From positions 32,001 through 96,000 of the forward strand of contig CAVVOP010000008.1 of NCBI GenBank assembly GCA_963749915.1: a stretch of 64,000 nt of DNA. Direction: 5' to 3'. The notes under the pieces were generated by a model that was given only the letters and a program-made list of their open reading frames with translations, made no database searches and was not told the origin of the DNA. Of the stretch, positions 10,136-20,255 are shown piece after piece. Every line of letters begins with the position of its first letter. The first letter of the stretch is position 1. Position numbers and translations under genes: made by a program. This stretch comes from an uncultured cyanobacterium (GTDB lineage Bacteria; Cyanobacteriota; Cyanobacteriia; Cyanobacteriales; Cyanobacteriaceae).

Positions 10136-11776
10136 ATGACATTAAACCAAATACAACAAAACTGTCAAAATCTTTCTAGTTTAGGAGCAGAATTAGTCTT
10201 TACTCAAGATAGTTTGGGTAATTATCATTCTTTTTACTGGCGATCGACCATAGCGGAGCTGAGTTCAGAACCTGATTCAACGGGAATAAAACTATATCCT
10301 CTGGTTAGGCACACTTATCTCGAACGCATAGAAAGAGTCTTAAATCGAAAAATCCCTGAGCAGTGTCATTGTATTTTGTGCTATGAGACTTACGCTCTTC
10401 CTTTTGAGTTGATTATCAGCCCCATTATTCTTGCCAATGGTAAAGCCGAATTAGTATTGGTTATGGGACGTCTTTTACCTGAGCAGGAAATGTCCTTAAC
10501 TTCTTCTTCGTCACTGCCGACAAATCCTGATCCCTACCAAAAATTACTGACCAATATAGCCCGTAAAATTCGTCGTACCCTTGACTTAGAAACTATTTGG
10601 CAACAAACGGTAGATAGTATTGGTGAAGGTTTGATGGTTAATCGTTGTCTTTTATTAGCACCGACGGATCAGGATGAATACTTAGAAATAAAGGCAGAAT
10701 ACTGCGACCCTAATTACAACTCCCTGTTAGGATACCGTTTCAACTTTCATAATTATGAGGAAATTAAAGAAGCGATTTTATTTCGAAAACCGACCTATAT
10801 TGATTTAGAGGGTAGGACTTCTTCTCAAGCTTTATCAATTTTATTAGTGCCTACCTTCCACCAACAAGAATTTAATGGGATTATTTCTCTCCATCAGTGT
10901 GATCGTCGTCGACAATGGAATCAAGCGGAATTAGAGCTGGTGCAAGAATTAGCCGATCAAGTAGGCACAGCCATCGCCCATGCTACCATCTATCATAAAC
11001 TAGAACTAGCAAATACAGAAGCTAAAGAAGCATCTAGATTAAAAAGTGAATTTTTAGCTAGTACAAGCCATGAATTAAGAACACCCTTGAACGGAATCTT
11101 AGGTTTTTTAAGGTTGGTTTTAGACGACATGGCTGACGATGTAGAAGAAGAAAGACAATTTATCGATCAAGCCTATCACTCAGCACTACATTTATTAAAC
11201 TTGATCAATGATATTTTAGACATAGCCAAAATCGAAGCCGGAAAATTAGAATTTGAATTAGAATCTATTTCTCTAAACGAAATTTGCGATGAAATTTATA
11301 AATTTGCCCATACTCAAGGAAAGAAAAAAGGTCTCTATTTCAACATTAATTTACCCTCCACCTATGATCAAGTTTCAGTCTATGGAGATTATCAAAGACT
11401 ATTACAAGTAATGCTCAACCTTGTGGGAAACTCCCTGAAATTCACCCCAGTCGGCGGCATCGATATTACAGCAGAAATTATCCCCAAAAAAGTAACCCTT
11501 CACGACACGAATCTTCCTGGTATGGTCAAAATCAGCGTTGCGGATACAGGTATCGGGGTTTCTTTGGAGAAACAAGACAAACTATTTGAAACATTCTATC
11601 AGGTAGATGGTTCTCGTACTAAGGCTTATGGCGGTACTGGTTTAGGTTTGGCAATTTCTAAACGTTTAATTGAGGCCATGGGGGGTAAAATTTCTTTTTA
11701 TAGCATGGGTGAAGGATTAGGCTCTACAGTTACATTAACAGTTCCCCTTTCTCAGTTACCAGTTTTGAAAACCTAG
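10136..11776 (+). CDS. GAF-domain sensor histidine kinase (no receiver domain)
   Basis: GAF (IRRTLDLETIWQQTV...HQCDRRRQW), H-box SHELRTPLNG, N/G boxes NLVGNSLKFT, DTGIG, GGTGLGLAI. Confidence 0.92.
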   Translation: MTLNQIQQNCQNLSSLGAELVFTQDSLGNYHSFYWRSTIAELSSEPDSTGIKLYPLVRHTYLERIERVLNRKIPEQCHCILCYETYALPFELIISPIILANGKAELVLVMGRLLPEQEMSLTSSSSLPTNPDPYQKLLTNIARKIRRTLDLETIWQQTVDSIGEGLMVNRCLLLAPTDQDEYLEIKAEYCDPNYNSLLGYRFNFHNYEEIKEAILFRKPTYIDLEGRTSSQALSILLVPTFHQQEFNGIISLHQCDRRRQWNQAELELVQELADQVGTAIAHATIYHKLELANTEAKEASRLKSEFLASTSHELRTPLNGILGFLRLVLDDMADDVEEERQFIDQAYHSALHLLNLINDILDIAKIEAGKLEFELESISLNEICDEIYKFAHTQGKKKGLYFNINLPSTYDQVSVYGDYQRLLQVMLNLVGNSLKFTPVGGIDITAEIIPKKVTLHDTNLPGMVKISVADTGIGVSLEKQDKLFETFYQVDGSRTKAYGGTGLGLAISKRLIEAMGGKISFYSMGEGLGSTVTLTVPLSQLPVLKT

Positions 11777-11911
11777 GGATAACAAACAATAATTAACTAT
11801 CTTTTCCCGTCCTCTAGCCTCTGGTCTTGTATCTGTCCACCTTGTCTTTCTGGACTCGCAACTCCCCTTATCCGTTATCATATTTGAAATGTTGAGATTT
11901 AACCGTCAAAA

Positions 11912-13354
11912 ATGCTGAAAAATTCTTGGACTAAATTTACTATTGCCTTAATCTCTCTTGTTAGTCAAACTTTTGTTAAATTTCCCGTTGCCGCCGTTAA
12001 TAACCCTTACTGTCAATTCGATCAAAACAGCATCGCCGCTAAAGAAAATCTCCGTCAAAAAGCGATCGCAGGTAATCCCACCGCCCAACAAGAATATAAG
12101 CAAATATTACAGCAACACGCGGATTTATTAAGAAATTGTCGTCAAAATAATTGGTTAAAAGAACAAGCTATTTGGGTTAGGCTCTATCCCTGTGATGTTC
12201 AACCAGGATCTATTGATAAAGTATTGGATAATGTCGTTAATTTAGGTTATAACACCATCTATTTAGAGGTTTTTTTCGATAGTCAAGTATTATTACCCAA
12301 AAATGGCAATAACACTCCTTGGCCTAGTGTTGTGGATGTAGCGGGGCAGGAAAATCGAGATTTATACGCTGAAACCTTACAAAAAGGACGAGAAAGGGGT
12401 TTAAAAGTCTATGCTTGGTTATTTTCTCTGAATTTTGGCTATTTATACGCCCAAAGATCCGATCGTCAAAGCGTATTAGCTCGTAACGGCAGAGGCGAAA
12501 CCAGTGTGGATTTTGTTCACGATCGATCTCAAGCCTTTGTTGACCCCTATAACTCCCAGGCTCGTCAAGATTATACTAGCTTATTACAAGCAGTTATACA
12601 ACGTCGTCCTGATGGAGTGTTATTCGATTATATTCGTTATCCTAGAGGTAGTGGAGACCAATCCCTTGTGGGTAAAGTGAAAGATTTATGGATTTATAGT
12701 GATGCTTCCAAACAAACCCTCTTTAGAAGGGCACAAAATCAGCAAGGTAGATGGTTATTAGAAAGATACGTTAATCAAGGTTCGATTAACGCTAAGGATA
12801 TAGCCAAAATGAAAAGTTTATATCCCAATGAAAAAACCCCTCTTTGGCAGGGTAGAAGTGCCTCAGCACCTAGTAACCTATCAGCCCTACAATTAGATAT
12901 CTGGTATTTTACCGTGGCCCATGCCGCACAGGGCGTCATTGACTTTCTCGACTTTGCCTCTAACCAAGTAAAACAAAGAGGAATACTAACAGGAGCAGTA
13001 TTTTTCCCCGACGGGAATCAAGTGGTGGGAGACATCGGTTTTGACTCTCGTTTACAACCTTGGGATAGTTTTTCTCAGGAAATGGAATGGCATCCGATGT
13101 CTTATGCCTTGTGTGGTAATCCTAGCTGTATTGTGGATCAAGTAAAAAGAGTGTTACAACCATCATCTCAAGGAAGTAATGTTAAGCCTGTTTTAGCGGG
13201 GTTTTGGGGTAGGAATGACGGAAAACGCCTCTCCTTGGAATCTCAAATGGAGGCCATTAGAACATCAGCAAAACCAGTACAATCTATTAGTCATTTTGCT
13301 TATTCTTGGCTTTTACCCGAACACACTAGAGAAAGACAACGTTGTAGCTTATAA
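11912..13354 (+). CDS. Secreted glycoside hydrolase-like protein (GHL10 family)
   Basis: Signal peptide; GYNTIYLEVF, GLKVYAW, DGVLFDYIRYP motif. Confidence 0.75.
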   Translation: MLKNSWTKFTIALISLVSQTFVKFPVAAVNNPYCQFDQNSIAAKENLRQKAIAGNPTAQQEYKQILQQHADLLRNCRQNNWLKEQAIWVRLYPCDVQPGSIDKVLDNVVNLGYNTIYLEVFFDSQVLLPKNGNNTPWPSVVDVAGQENRDLYAETLQKGRERGLKVYAWLFSLNFGYLYAQRSDRQSVLARNGRGETSVDFVHDRSQAFVDPYNSQARQDYTSLLQAVIQRRPDGVLFDYIRYPRGSGDQSLVGKVKDLWIYSDASKQTLFRRAQNQQGRWLLERYVNQGSINAKDIAKMKSLYPNEKTPLWQGRSASAPSNLSALQLDIWYFTVAHAAQGVIDFLDFASNQVKQRGILTGAVFFPDGNQVVGDIGFDSRLQPWDSFSQEMEWHPMSYALCGNPSCIVDQVKRVLQPSSQGSNVKPVLAGFWGRNDGKRLSLESQMEAIRTSAKPVQSISHFAYSWLLPEHTRERQRCSL

Positions 13355-13409
13355 TTGGGGTTTGGCGTTTATGATCAATTATATGGGAAAATTAGATAAT
13401 TATAAATTT

Positions 13410-14780
13410 ATGCATACTCCTATCACTTCCGAAAATAGCAATTTTTTAGAAACCAAAGTCAAAGGCTTTGACTTTAAAAATCCTCCGTCACAAAAATTAG
13501 TTGATCAATGTGTGCATTGCGGTTTCTGTTTATCTACCTGCCCCAGTTATCAAGTCCTTGGCAAAGAAATGGACTCCCCAAGAGGTAGAATTTATTTAAT
13601 GGACGCCATCAACAAAGGAGAAGCATCCCTAGACGAAATCACCGCCCCCCATTTTGATAGTTGTTTAGGGTGTTTGGCCTGTGTGACGACTTGCCCATCC
13701 GGAGTCGAATATGATGGATTAATAGCTGCTGTGCGGCCTCAAGTAGAACGAAATCAACCCCGTAACCTTTGGGAAAAATTCCTCCGCAGTATTATTTTTA
13801 ATTTATTTCCCTATCCGGAAAGATTGAGTCTTTTTTTACCCTTATTCTGGTTTTATCAGGTATCGGGATTACAAACCCTTGTCAGAAAAACAGGTATCCT
13901 TAAATTTTTCCCTCGTATCGCTTCGATGGAGTCGATTTTGCCCCGCATTAACCTTAAATCCCTTAACAAAAAATATCCCTATACCATCCCTGCTAAAGGG
14001 GAAAAAAGGTACCGAGTGGGGGTGGTTTTGGGATGTGTGCAAAGATTGTTTTTTGATTCGGTAAATGAGGCCACCGTGAGAGTTTTAACCGCTAATGGTT
14101 GTGAAGTGGTGATTCCTAAAACTCAAGGATGTTGTGCCGCCTTACCGGCCCATCAGGGTCAAGAAAACCAAGCCCAAAACCTCGCCCGTCAAATGATTGA
14201 TAGTTTTGCCGATACCCACGTCGATTACATTATCATCAATGCGGCTGGTTGTGGACATACCCTTAAAGAATATCATCACATTTTAGCTGACCACCAAGCC
14301 TATTTACCGAAAGCTGAAGATTTTGTTCGCAAAGTGAGAGACGTACAGGAATTTCTAGCAGAAGTTGGCTTAAACACCCCATTATCTCCCATTAGCGATC
14401 ATAAAATTAAGGTAGTTTATCAAGATGCTTGTCATTTATTACACGGGCAAAAAATCAGTTTACAACCTCGTCAACTGTTACAACAAATTCCTAACTTGGA
14501 GTTAAAAGAGCCTTTAGATAATGCATTGTGTTGTGGTAGTTCAGGAGTTTACAATTTATTACAGCCTGATATTGCCAATCAATTAGGAGAGCAAAAAGTT
14601 CGTAATTTATTGAATACAGGTGCGGAAATTATCGCTTCTCCTAACCCCGGATGTTCTTTACAAATAGCGAAACATTTGCGGTTACAAGAAAAAGAAATTA
14701 AAATTATTCATCCCATGGAATTATTAGATTATGCCATCAGAGGGAAAAAACTTTTTGATTGTCCCGATAAAATTCGGTGA
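13410..14780 (+). CDS. glcF: Glycolate oxidase iron-sulfur subunit
   Basis: Two 4Fe-4S motifs (CVHCGFCLSTCP, CLGCLACVTTCP) plus two CCG domains (GCCAALPAH, LCCGSSG); start reassigned to ATG 13410. Confidence 0.88.
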   Translation: MHTPITSENSNFLETKVKGFDFKNPPSQKLVDQCVHCGFCLSTCPSYQVLGKEMDSPRGRIYLMDAINKGEASLDEITAPHFDSCLGCLACVTTCPSGVEYDGLIAAVRPQVERNQPRNLWEKFLRSIIFNLFPYPERLSLFLPLFWFYQVSGLQTLVRKTGILKFFPRIASMESILPRINLKSLNKKYPYTIPAKGEKRYRVGVVLGCVQRLFFDSVNEATVRVLTANGCEVVIPKTQGCCAALPAHQGQENQAQNLARQMIDSFADTHVDYIIINAAGCGHTLKEYHHILADHQAYLPKAEDFVRKVRDVQEFLAEVGLNTPLSPISDHKIKVVYQDACHLLHGQKISLQPRQLLQQIPNLELKEPLDNALCCGSSGVYNLLQPDIANQLGEQKVRNLLNTGAEIIASPNPGCSLQIAKHLRLQEKEIKIIHPMELLDYAIRGKKLFDCPDKIR

Positions 14781-14795
14781 GGTAAGGACAGGGGA

Positions 14796-15071
14796 CAATA
14801 CTACTCGGTTAAGCTGAAAACTTGATCAAATGAGAAGTGTGGGGAGTGTGGGGAGTGTGGGGAGTATGGCAATACTGTTCGGTTAAGGAAAAATATGAGT
14901 AAATAGAAGGTTGTCTACAAACTAACTATGCAATCCTCAAAATTTACTCTGATTCCTCCAGAAATTAAACCAGATGAATTATTGCCAGCTCTCGAAACAA
15001 TTATTCCTCCAGATGAGATAAATCAAGCGATCGCCGACACTGATCGCCCCGTGAGGAGAAAACCGCTGTGA
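14796..15071 (+). mobile_element. IS4-family remnant: two end motifs plus a truncated transposase N-terminus (14928-15071)
   Basis: CAATACTACTCGGTTAAG at 14796 and CAATACTGTTCGGTTAAGG at 14870, similar motif at 18782; peptide MQSSKFTLIPPEIKPDELLPALETIIPPDEINQAIADTD resembles cyanobacterial IS4 N-termini (from memory). Confidence 0.6.
14836..14869 (+). repeat. Short tandem repeat (AGTGTGGGG)x3-4
   Basis: agtgtgggg agtgtgggg agtgtgggg agtatgg, lying between two IS4-like end motifs. Confidence 0.85.
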
Positions 15072-15123
15072 TTGGGTAAAGTAGAAAGATTATCAGTCAA
15101 TCAGGGGGTTAAACTATGTAGAT

Positions 15124-15377
15124 CCCACATTCCGCACGTCAATTTGCACTATGTCATGTAATACCTTAACGCCTTGTTTACAAAATATTCTCCAAGTAAT
15201 AAAACAACGAAATTGAGATTAAACAAATATAAATACTGTAAAAATCTGTATATGGCGATGCCAAAGGCACAGCGAAGCTGCTCGCAAAAAACAATAAATA
15301 TATGTATTACCTATAGTAAAGTTGCGTAAAAGTCATTAAAATATGATTGTTTTCTAAAAGAACATGCGGAATGTGGG
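15124..15377 (+). mobile_element. 254-bp MITE, copy 1
   Basis: Terminal inverted repeats CCCACATTCCGCA / TGCGGAATGTGGG; near-identical inverted copy at 16786-17039. Confidence 0.9.
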
Positions 15378-15484
15378 TTTTTATCATTAACAAAAGAATC
15401 GAAAGGTAAATCTTCTGTAAATGTTTCAATAATTAATAATGTTTCTAAAATATCTTCTAAATAATCTTTTAATTCTCTTTTAGT
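15378..15484 (-). pseudogene. Fragment of a DUF86/HepT-like (HEPN) toxin N-terminus
   Basis: Minus-strand translation TKRELKDYLEDILETLLIIETFTEDLPFDSFVNDK, cut by IS1 on one side and the MITE on the other. Confidence 0.6.
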
Positions 15485-16384
15485 GGCGTTGCATCATTGC
15501 GGGATGATATGCAATTATTTAGTATTAAGAAAAAATATTTATTAAAGGCGATCACATGTGGCGCACTGCGTGCGATCGCTAGTAATCTAAAAAAAGTAAA
15601 AATAGTTTTTTAAAATTTAGATTATTAGCGAAATATCATTATTATTTAAGTAATAAATAAGAAGTTTTATTGACAATAAGAGCATTTCTTGACACTTAGA
15701 ATAGCAAAATGTTTTTCTATGTAGTCTTGCCAAATAATGTCTTAGCCTACTATTTTCTCCTTCAACTCTTGTCATGTATGTTTTACTAATAATTTGATCT
15801 CCATCGGGAATAAATGACGGATAAACTTTGTACCCATCTGTTATCCAAAAAAAGCATTTCCAATCTTTTACTTTTTCCCATAATTTTTCAAATGTATTAG
15901 AACTTCTATCTCCTATTTGCCATTCTAAAATTCCTTTTTTAGCTTTATTTACAGCAGTCCATATCCAGATCTTGTTCTTTTTGTTTCCAACAAAAGTTTG
16001 GAGTTCATCTAATTGTCCAACTAAAGGTTTTTCGTATTTATATTTATTATTTAATATCTTTTTTCCTGCTTTTTTTACCCATCTTATTACTGTATTGTGA
16101 TTAACTTTTTTTACCCGCTAAGAGTGCCCTAAACCCACTGCCATTTAAGTACATTTTTAAGCATTCTTCTCTTGTTTGTAAATCATAACCAATATCAGAA
16201 TAAAATTCGACAAATTGACGACCACACTTTTTGCATCTATAGTTTTGTTTTCCTCTCCTTTGACCATTTTTTATAATCTCATTAGCATTACATTTGGGAC
16301 AATTTATTTTCATTTTTATTCGTGGCGATCGCCTTCTTAAAATTTTCGCTTTTATTATAAATCATCCCGCAATGATGCAACGCC
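15485..16384 (-). mobile_element. IS1-family element with frameshifted transposase (15617-16313)
   Basis: 24-bp perfect TIRs GGCGTTGCATCATTGCGGGATGAT; Zn-ribbon CPKC...YRCKKCGRQF; downstream frame LDELQTFVGNKKNKIWIWTAV...TDGYKVY...TRVEGENSRLRHYLARLHRKT; frame break near 16120. Confidence 0.92.
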
Positions 16385-16593
16385 TTAAAACGAGTAGGAT
16401 TGTTTAAGAATATTTCCCCCCAAACCATTGAAACAGCTAAAGCAGTGCTTGTAATGGGAAACAAAAATAAAGCAGCTTTACTAAAAAAACTAGGCAAATA
16501 ATCGATTAAGGGAATTAATAATAAAACTTGACTAAATAATATACCTATTAGTCCTGCTAAAAATCCCAAAAATATATAAAAAAAGTTTCTCAT
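16385..16593 (-). pseudogene. 5' fragment of a membrane protein truncated by IS1
   Basis: MRNFFYIFLGFLAGLIGILFSQ...EIFLNNPTRFK, two TM segments, reading frame runs into the IS1 TIR. Confidence 0.65.
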
Positions 16594-16785
16594 TAAAAAA
16601 CAGAAGAATAATTAACTGGACTTAAAGAAGAATTATGCCTAAATAAAGCCTAAATTCTTTTTATAAGCTACAAATTGATTCGCTGCGCGATCGCAAGAGC
16701 GTCAGAGCAAAGCTCTCAATGCTTCCTCCTCATGGTTATTAAGGTACTGCTGTATTGTATTTAGAGTAGTAATCGAAACATTTAA

Positions 16786-17039
16786 CCCACATTTCGCATG
16801 TTCTTTTAGAAAACAATCATATTTTAATGACTTTTACGCAACTTTACTATAGGTAATACATATATTTATTGTTTTTTGCGGGCAGCTTCGCTGTGCCTTT
16901 GGCATCGCCATATACAGATTTTTACAGTATTTATATTTGTTTAATCTCAATTTCGTTGTTTTATTACTTGGAGAATATTTTGTAAACAAGGCGTTAAGGT
17001 ATTACATGACATAGTGCAAATTGACGTGCGGAATGTGGG
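16786..17039 (-). mobile_element. 254-bp MITE, copy 2 (inverted relative to copy 1)
   Basis: Reverse complement of 15124-15377 with about 2 substitutions seen by eye. Confidence 0.9.
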
Positions 17040-17350
17040 ATGATAGGTTTTTTCCTCCACCTCTATATACCATTTACAACCTTCTCCTGCTTTATAGTTA
17101 AGCCCTTCTTTAATCAAGATTTCTTTCTTCTGAGGTTTTTGTGGTTGAGATAATGATGGTAAATCTAAGTCTTCGAGTCGGAGGAACTCTCGTTGGTCAT
17201 TATCAAAAGCAACCACAAGAGAATGAGGAGAGGGAATCTGGGTAACAACTCCTTCCAGTCCACCAAAATAATGATTATCTTTTACCTTAACTCGATCGCC
17301 AATGGATAAAGGATTAGTTATTTTCTTCTTTTGATATTGATCTCGAGTTT
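17040..17350 (-). pseudogene. Internal fragment of a KOW/SH3-like hypothetical protein, truncated by the MITE
   Basis: LSIGDRVKVKDNHYFGGLEGVVTQIP...GLNYKAGEGCKWYIEVEEKTYH; no proper start, ends at the MITE TIR. Confidence 0.5.
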
Positions 17351-17492
17351 ATTTTACCCCTCCTTTTGAACAATTTTGAAATTAGGGGTTGTGGTAGTAG
17401 GGGAGAAGGGCGGTGGGAGTTGGGAGAGAAGATTTTTTGTTTGAGTTTTTAATCTTCTGTTTGTCCTTCAAAACAAAGTTGTCAGAGTACTA

Positions 17493-17635
17493 TGGCTAAA
17501 GCATTCCATGATAAAATGTTCCCAGTTGATCTCGTAGAGTCATGTACAAATTTCCTTGGGGAAAAGCTTGATGAGCTATTTGTCTGGTCAGAGGTGGAAT
17601 CGGTTTAATGGATTGAGGATGGAGGGAGAACCATA
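17493..17635 (-). mobile_element. IS1182-like transposase N-terminal remnant
   Basis: SLHPQSIKPIPPLTRQIAHQAFPQGNLYMTLRDQLGTFY; abuts an end motif GTCAGAGTACTA shared with the 31361 MITE. Confidence 0.6.
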
Positions 17636-17906
17636 ATTTTTTCCTCCTTCTATAATCTTATAATTTGGGGATGGGCTTAATTCTGAGCTTCTTTTTCCCT
17701 TGTTTGATTAATTGCGAAATCTATTCTTATTTTACTATATATACGACTAGAAGCATCAAGGCGATCATCCTCCTCATGACTTTTTCAGCGTTCAACGGAG
17801 TTGCGCCGTAGGCGGAAGCGCAAGTGCTGCTGCAAGCAGTTCGCTATCAACAGTATCAGTAACGAAACTAACACCTAGTCGAACTGGAAGAACCACATTT
17901 TACCCC

Positions 17907-18776
17907 ATGTCAGAAAAACAAGCCGATTTTTTTCATCAATCAGTTTTATCTCAAGAAATTATCGAATATTTAAATATAGTTGATAATAGACATTATTTAG
18001 ATGCAACTTTAGGGGCGGGAGGACACACAAGTCTGATTTTATCTTATAGTGATAGCGTCAAAGTAACGGCGATCGACAGAGATATTCAGGCCGTTAATTT
18101 TGCCCAAGCAAATCTTAAAAGTTATGGTGAGAGAGTTGATTTTTGGCGAGGAAACTTTGCCGATTATCAACCTTTTAATCTTCAATTTGACGGTATTATA
18201 GCTGATTTGGGAGTCAGTTCACCGCAATTAGATCAACCAGAAAGAGGCTTCAGTTTTCTTCGTGAAGGGGACTTAGATATGCGTATGGATACAAGTCAAC
18301 CCCTGACGGCGAAAGAAATAGTTAATCGTTGGCAAGAGAAACCCTTAGCGGATTTAATCTACCTTTATGGAGAAGAAAGATTGTCCCGGCGTATTGCTAA
18401 AACCATCGTGGAAAAACGTCCTTTTTCCACCACTGTCGAATTAGCCGAAGCGATCGCCTTTTGTGTGCCAAATAAGTATCGTTATGGCAAAATACACTCA
18501 GCCACTCGAACTTTTCAGGCGTTAAGAATCAAAGTAAATGAAGAATTAGCCTCTCTGGAAAAATTTTTACAAGTAGCCCCCACATGGTTGAAGCCGGAGG
18601 CAAGAATTGCAGTGATAAGTTTTCACAGTTTAGAGGATCGTATCGTTAAAAATCAATTCCGAGATCATCCTAATCTGAAAATAATCACCAAAAAACCTAT
18701 TGTACCTACTATAGAAGAACAAAGGTTAAATCCTCGATCTCGCTCGGCTAAGTTAAGAGTTGCTTACCGTCAGTAG
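17907..18776 (+). CDS. rsmH: 16S rRNA (C1402-N4) methyltransferase
   Basis: [56 protein letters not shown]. Confidence 0.96.
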   Translation: MSEKQADFFHQSVLSQEIIEYLNIVDNRHYLDATLGAGGHTSLILSYSDSVKVTAIDRDIQAVNFAQANLKSYGERVDFWRGNFADYQPFNLQFDGIIADLGVSSPQLDQPERGFSFLREGDLDMRMDTSQPLTAKEIVNRWQEKPLADLIYLYGEERLSRRIAKTIVEKRPFSTTVELAEAIAFCVPNKYRYGKIHSATRTFQALRIKVNEELASLEKFLQVAPTWLKPEARIAVISFHSLEDRIVKNQFRDHPNLKIITKKPIVPTIEEQRLNPRSRSAKLRVAYRQ

Positions 18777-19116
18777 TCATCCAATACTGTTCGGGTAAGG
18801 AAATATAATTGTCGGTGAAGTTAAGGCAGAAAGCAGCGGTGCGACCCCGCTGCAGCATTGACAATGACACGAAGTTTTTAATTAACTAATCTTAAAATAA
18901 ATAAAAATTTAGATACGTTTGCCCTGGCTGTTATTTGTATAGTCTGGACTTATGACCATTATTTTGATATTATGATGATTTTGATATTATGGCCATGCCA
19001 GGCGTTGAAAATAGACTACATGAATAAAAAAGGAATAAATTAATTGAACAAGTTAAACAAGGGGAAAAAGAGTATAAATAAAGAGGTTAATTATTAATTA
19101 TTCACTATTGACTACT

Positions 19117-20052
19117 ATGTTAGATTTAAGTACAAAAAGAATTCTTGTTACTGGCGGTTCGGGTTTTTTAGGCAAGCAAGTTGTCGCCGAGTTAATTAAA
19201 GCTGGTGCAGATGCCGATAAAATAACGATACCCCGATCGAAAGACTGTGATTTAACCCTTTGGGAGAATTGTCAAAAAGTCGTAGCCAATCAAGATGTTA
19301 TCATCCATTTAGCCGCCCATGTAGGAGGAATCGGCTTAAATAGAGAAAAACCCGCCGAATTATTCTATGATAATCTGATGATGGGCGCCCAATTAATCCA
19401 TGCTGCCTATCAGGCTGGGGTGAAAAAATTCACCTGTGTGGGCACTATTTGTGCCTATCCTAAGTTTACTCCCGTACCTTTCAAAGAGGAGGATTTATGG
19501 AATGGCTACCCTGAAGAAACTAACGCACCTTATGGCATCGCCAAAAAGGCTTTACTTGTGCAATTACAATCTTATCGCAATCAATACGGCTTTAACGGTA
19601 TTTATCTTTTACCAGTAAACTTGTATGGTCCCGAAGACAATTTCGATCCTCGTAGTTCCCATGTAATTCCTGCTTTAATTCGGAAAGTTCACGAGGCACA
19701 ACAAAGAGGAGATAAAGTTATTCCTGTGTGGGGTGATGGTAGTCCTACCCGTGAGTTTTTATACTCCAACGATGCCGCTAGGGGAATTGTTATGGGTACG
19801 CAACTTTATGATAGTTCAGACCCAGTAAATTTAGGCACTAATTTTGAAATCACCATCAAAGATTTAACGGAATTAATCTGCGGATTGATGGGATTTGAGG
19901 GGGAATTATTATGGGAAACGGACAAACCCAATGGACAACCTCGCCGTTGTTTGGATACTTCTAAGGCTAAAGAGGCTTTTGGTTTTACTGCCAAGATGGA
20001 TTTAAAAGAAGGTTTAAAAAATACGATCAAATGGTATCGAGAAAATAGCTAA
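19117..20052 (+). CDS. fcl: GDP-L-fucose synthase
   Basis: [57 protein letters not shown]. Confidence 0.93.
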   Translation: MLDLSTKRILVTGGSGFLGKQVVAELIKAGADADKITIPRSKDCDLTLWENCQKVVANQDVIIHLAAHVGGIGLNREKPAELFYDNLMMGAQLIHAAYQAGVKKFTCVGTICAYPKFTPVPFKEEDLWNGYPEETNAPYGIAKKALLVQLQSYRNQYGFNGIYLLPVNLYGPEDNFDPRSSHVIPALIRKVHEAQQRGDKVIPVWGDGSPTREFLYSNDAARGIVMGTQLYDSSDPVNLGTNFEITIKDLTELICGLMGFEGELLWETDKPNGQPRRCLDTSKAKEAFGFTAKMDLKEGLKNTIKWYRENS

Positions 20053-20255
20053 CTAATATCAGGGAGGGGGAATAAGGGTAATTTCTCTTTTTTCCCTCTG
20101 ATAATCATAAAAAGAATGAAGAGAAAAGAAGTCTTTTTCTTTGTCTAGAAAATCATGGGAACTAACTTTGAAAGAATCAGAACCATTAAAAGTATTATTT
20201 ATTGGGTAATCGCATTTTTTAGTCTTAATTATAGGTTTTTACACTATCAAAATAT

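Noticed and set aside
13215..13409. N-terminal extension of glcF overlapping the upstream gene
   Set aside because: Overlaps the GHL10 gene and has no GlcF-like sequence; ATG 13410 is more plausible
14836..14869. G-rich 9-mer repeat as a CRISPR or functional G-quadruplex
   Set aside because: Only 3-4 tandem units without spacers; typical cyanobacterial short tandem repeat inside an IS remnant
15828..16100. 90-aa plus-strand ORF
   Set aside because: Antisense to the IS1 transposase DDE frame
16101..16130. Programmed insA/insB frameshift in IS1
   Set aside because: The break is a +1 shift with an in-frame TAG in the middle of the HTH region, so it looks like an inactivating mutation and not the canonical -1 slippage
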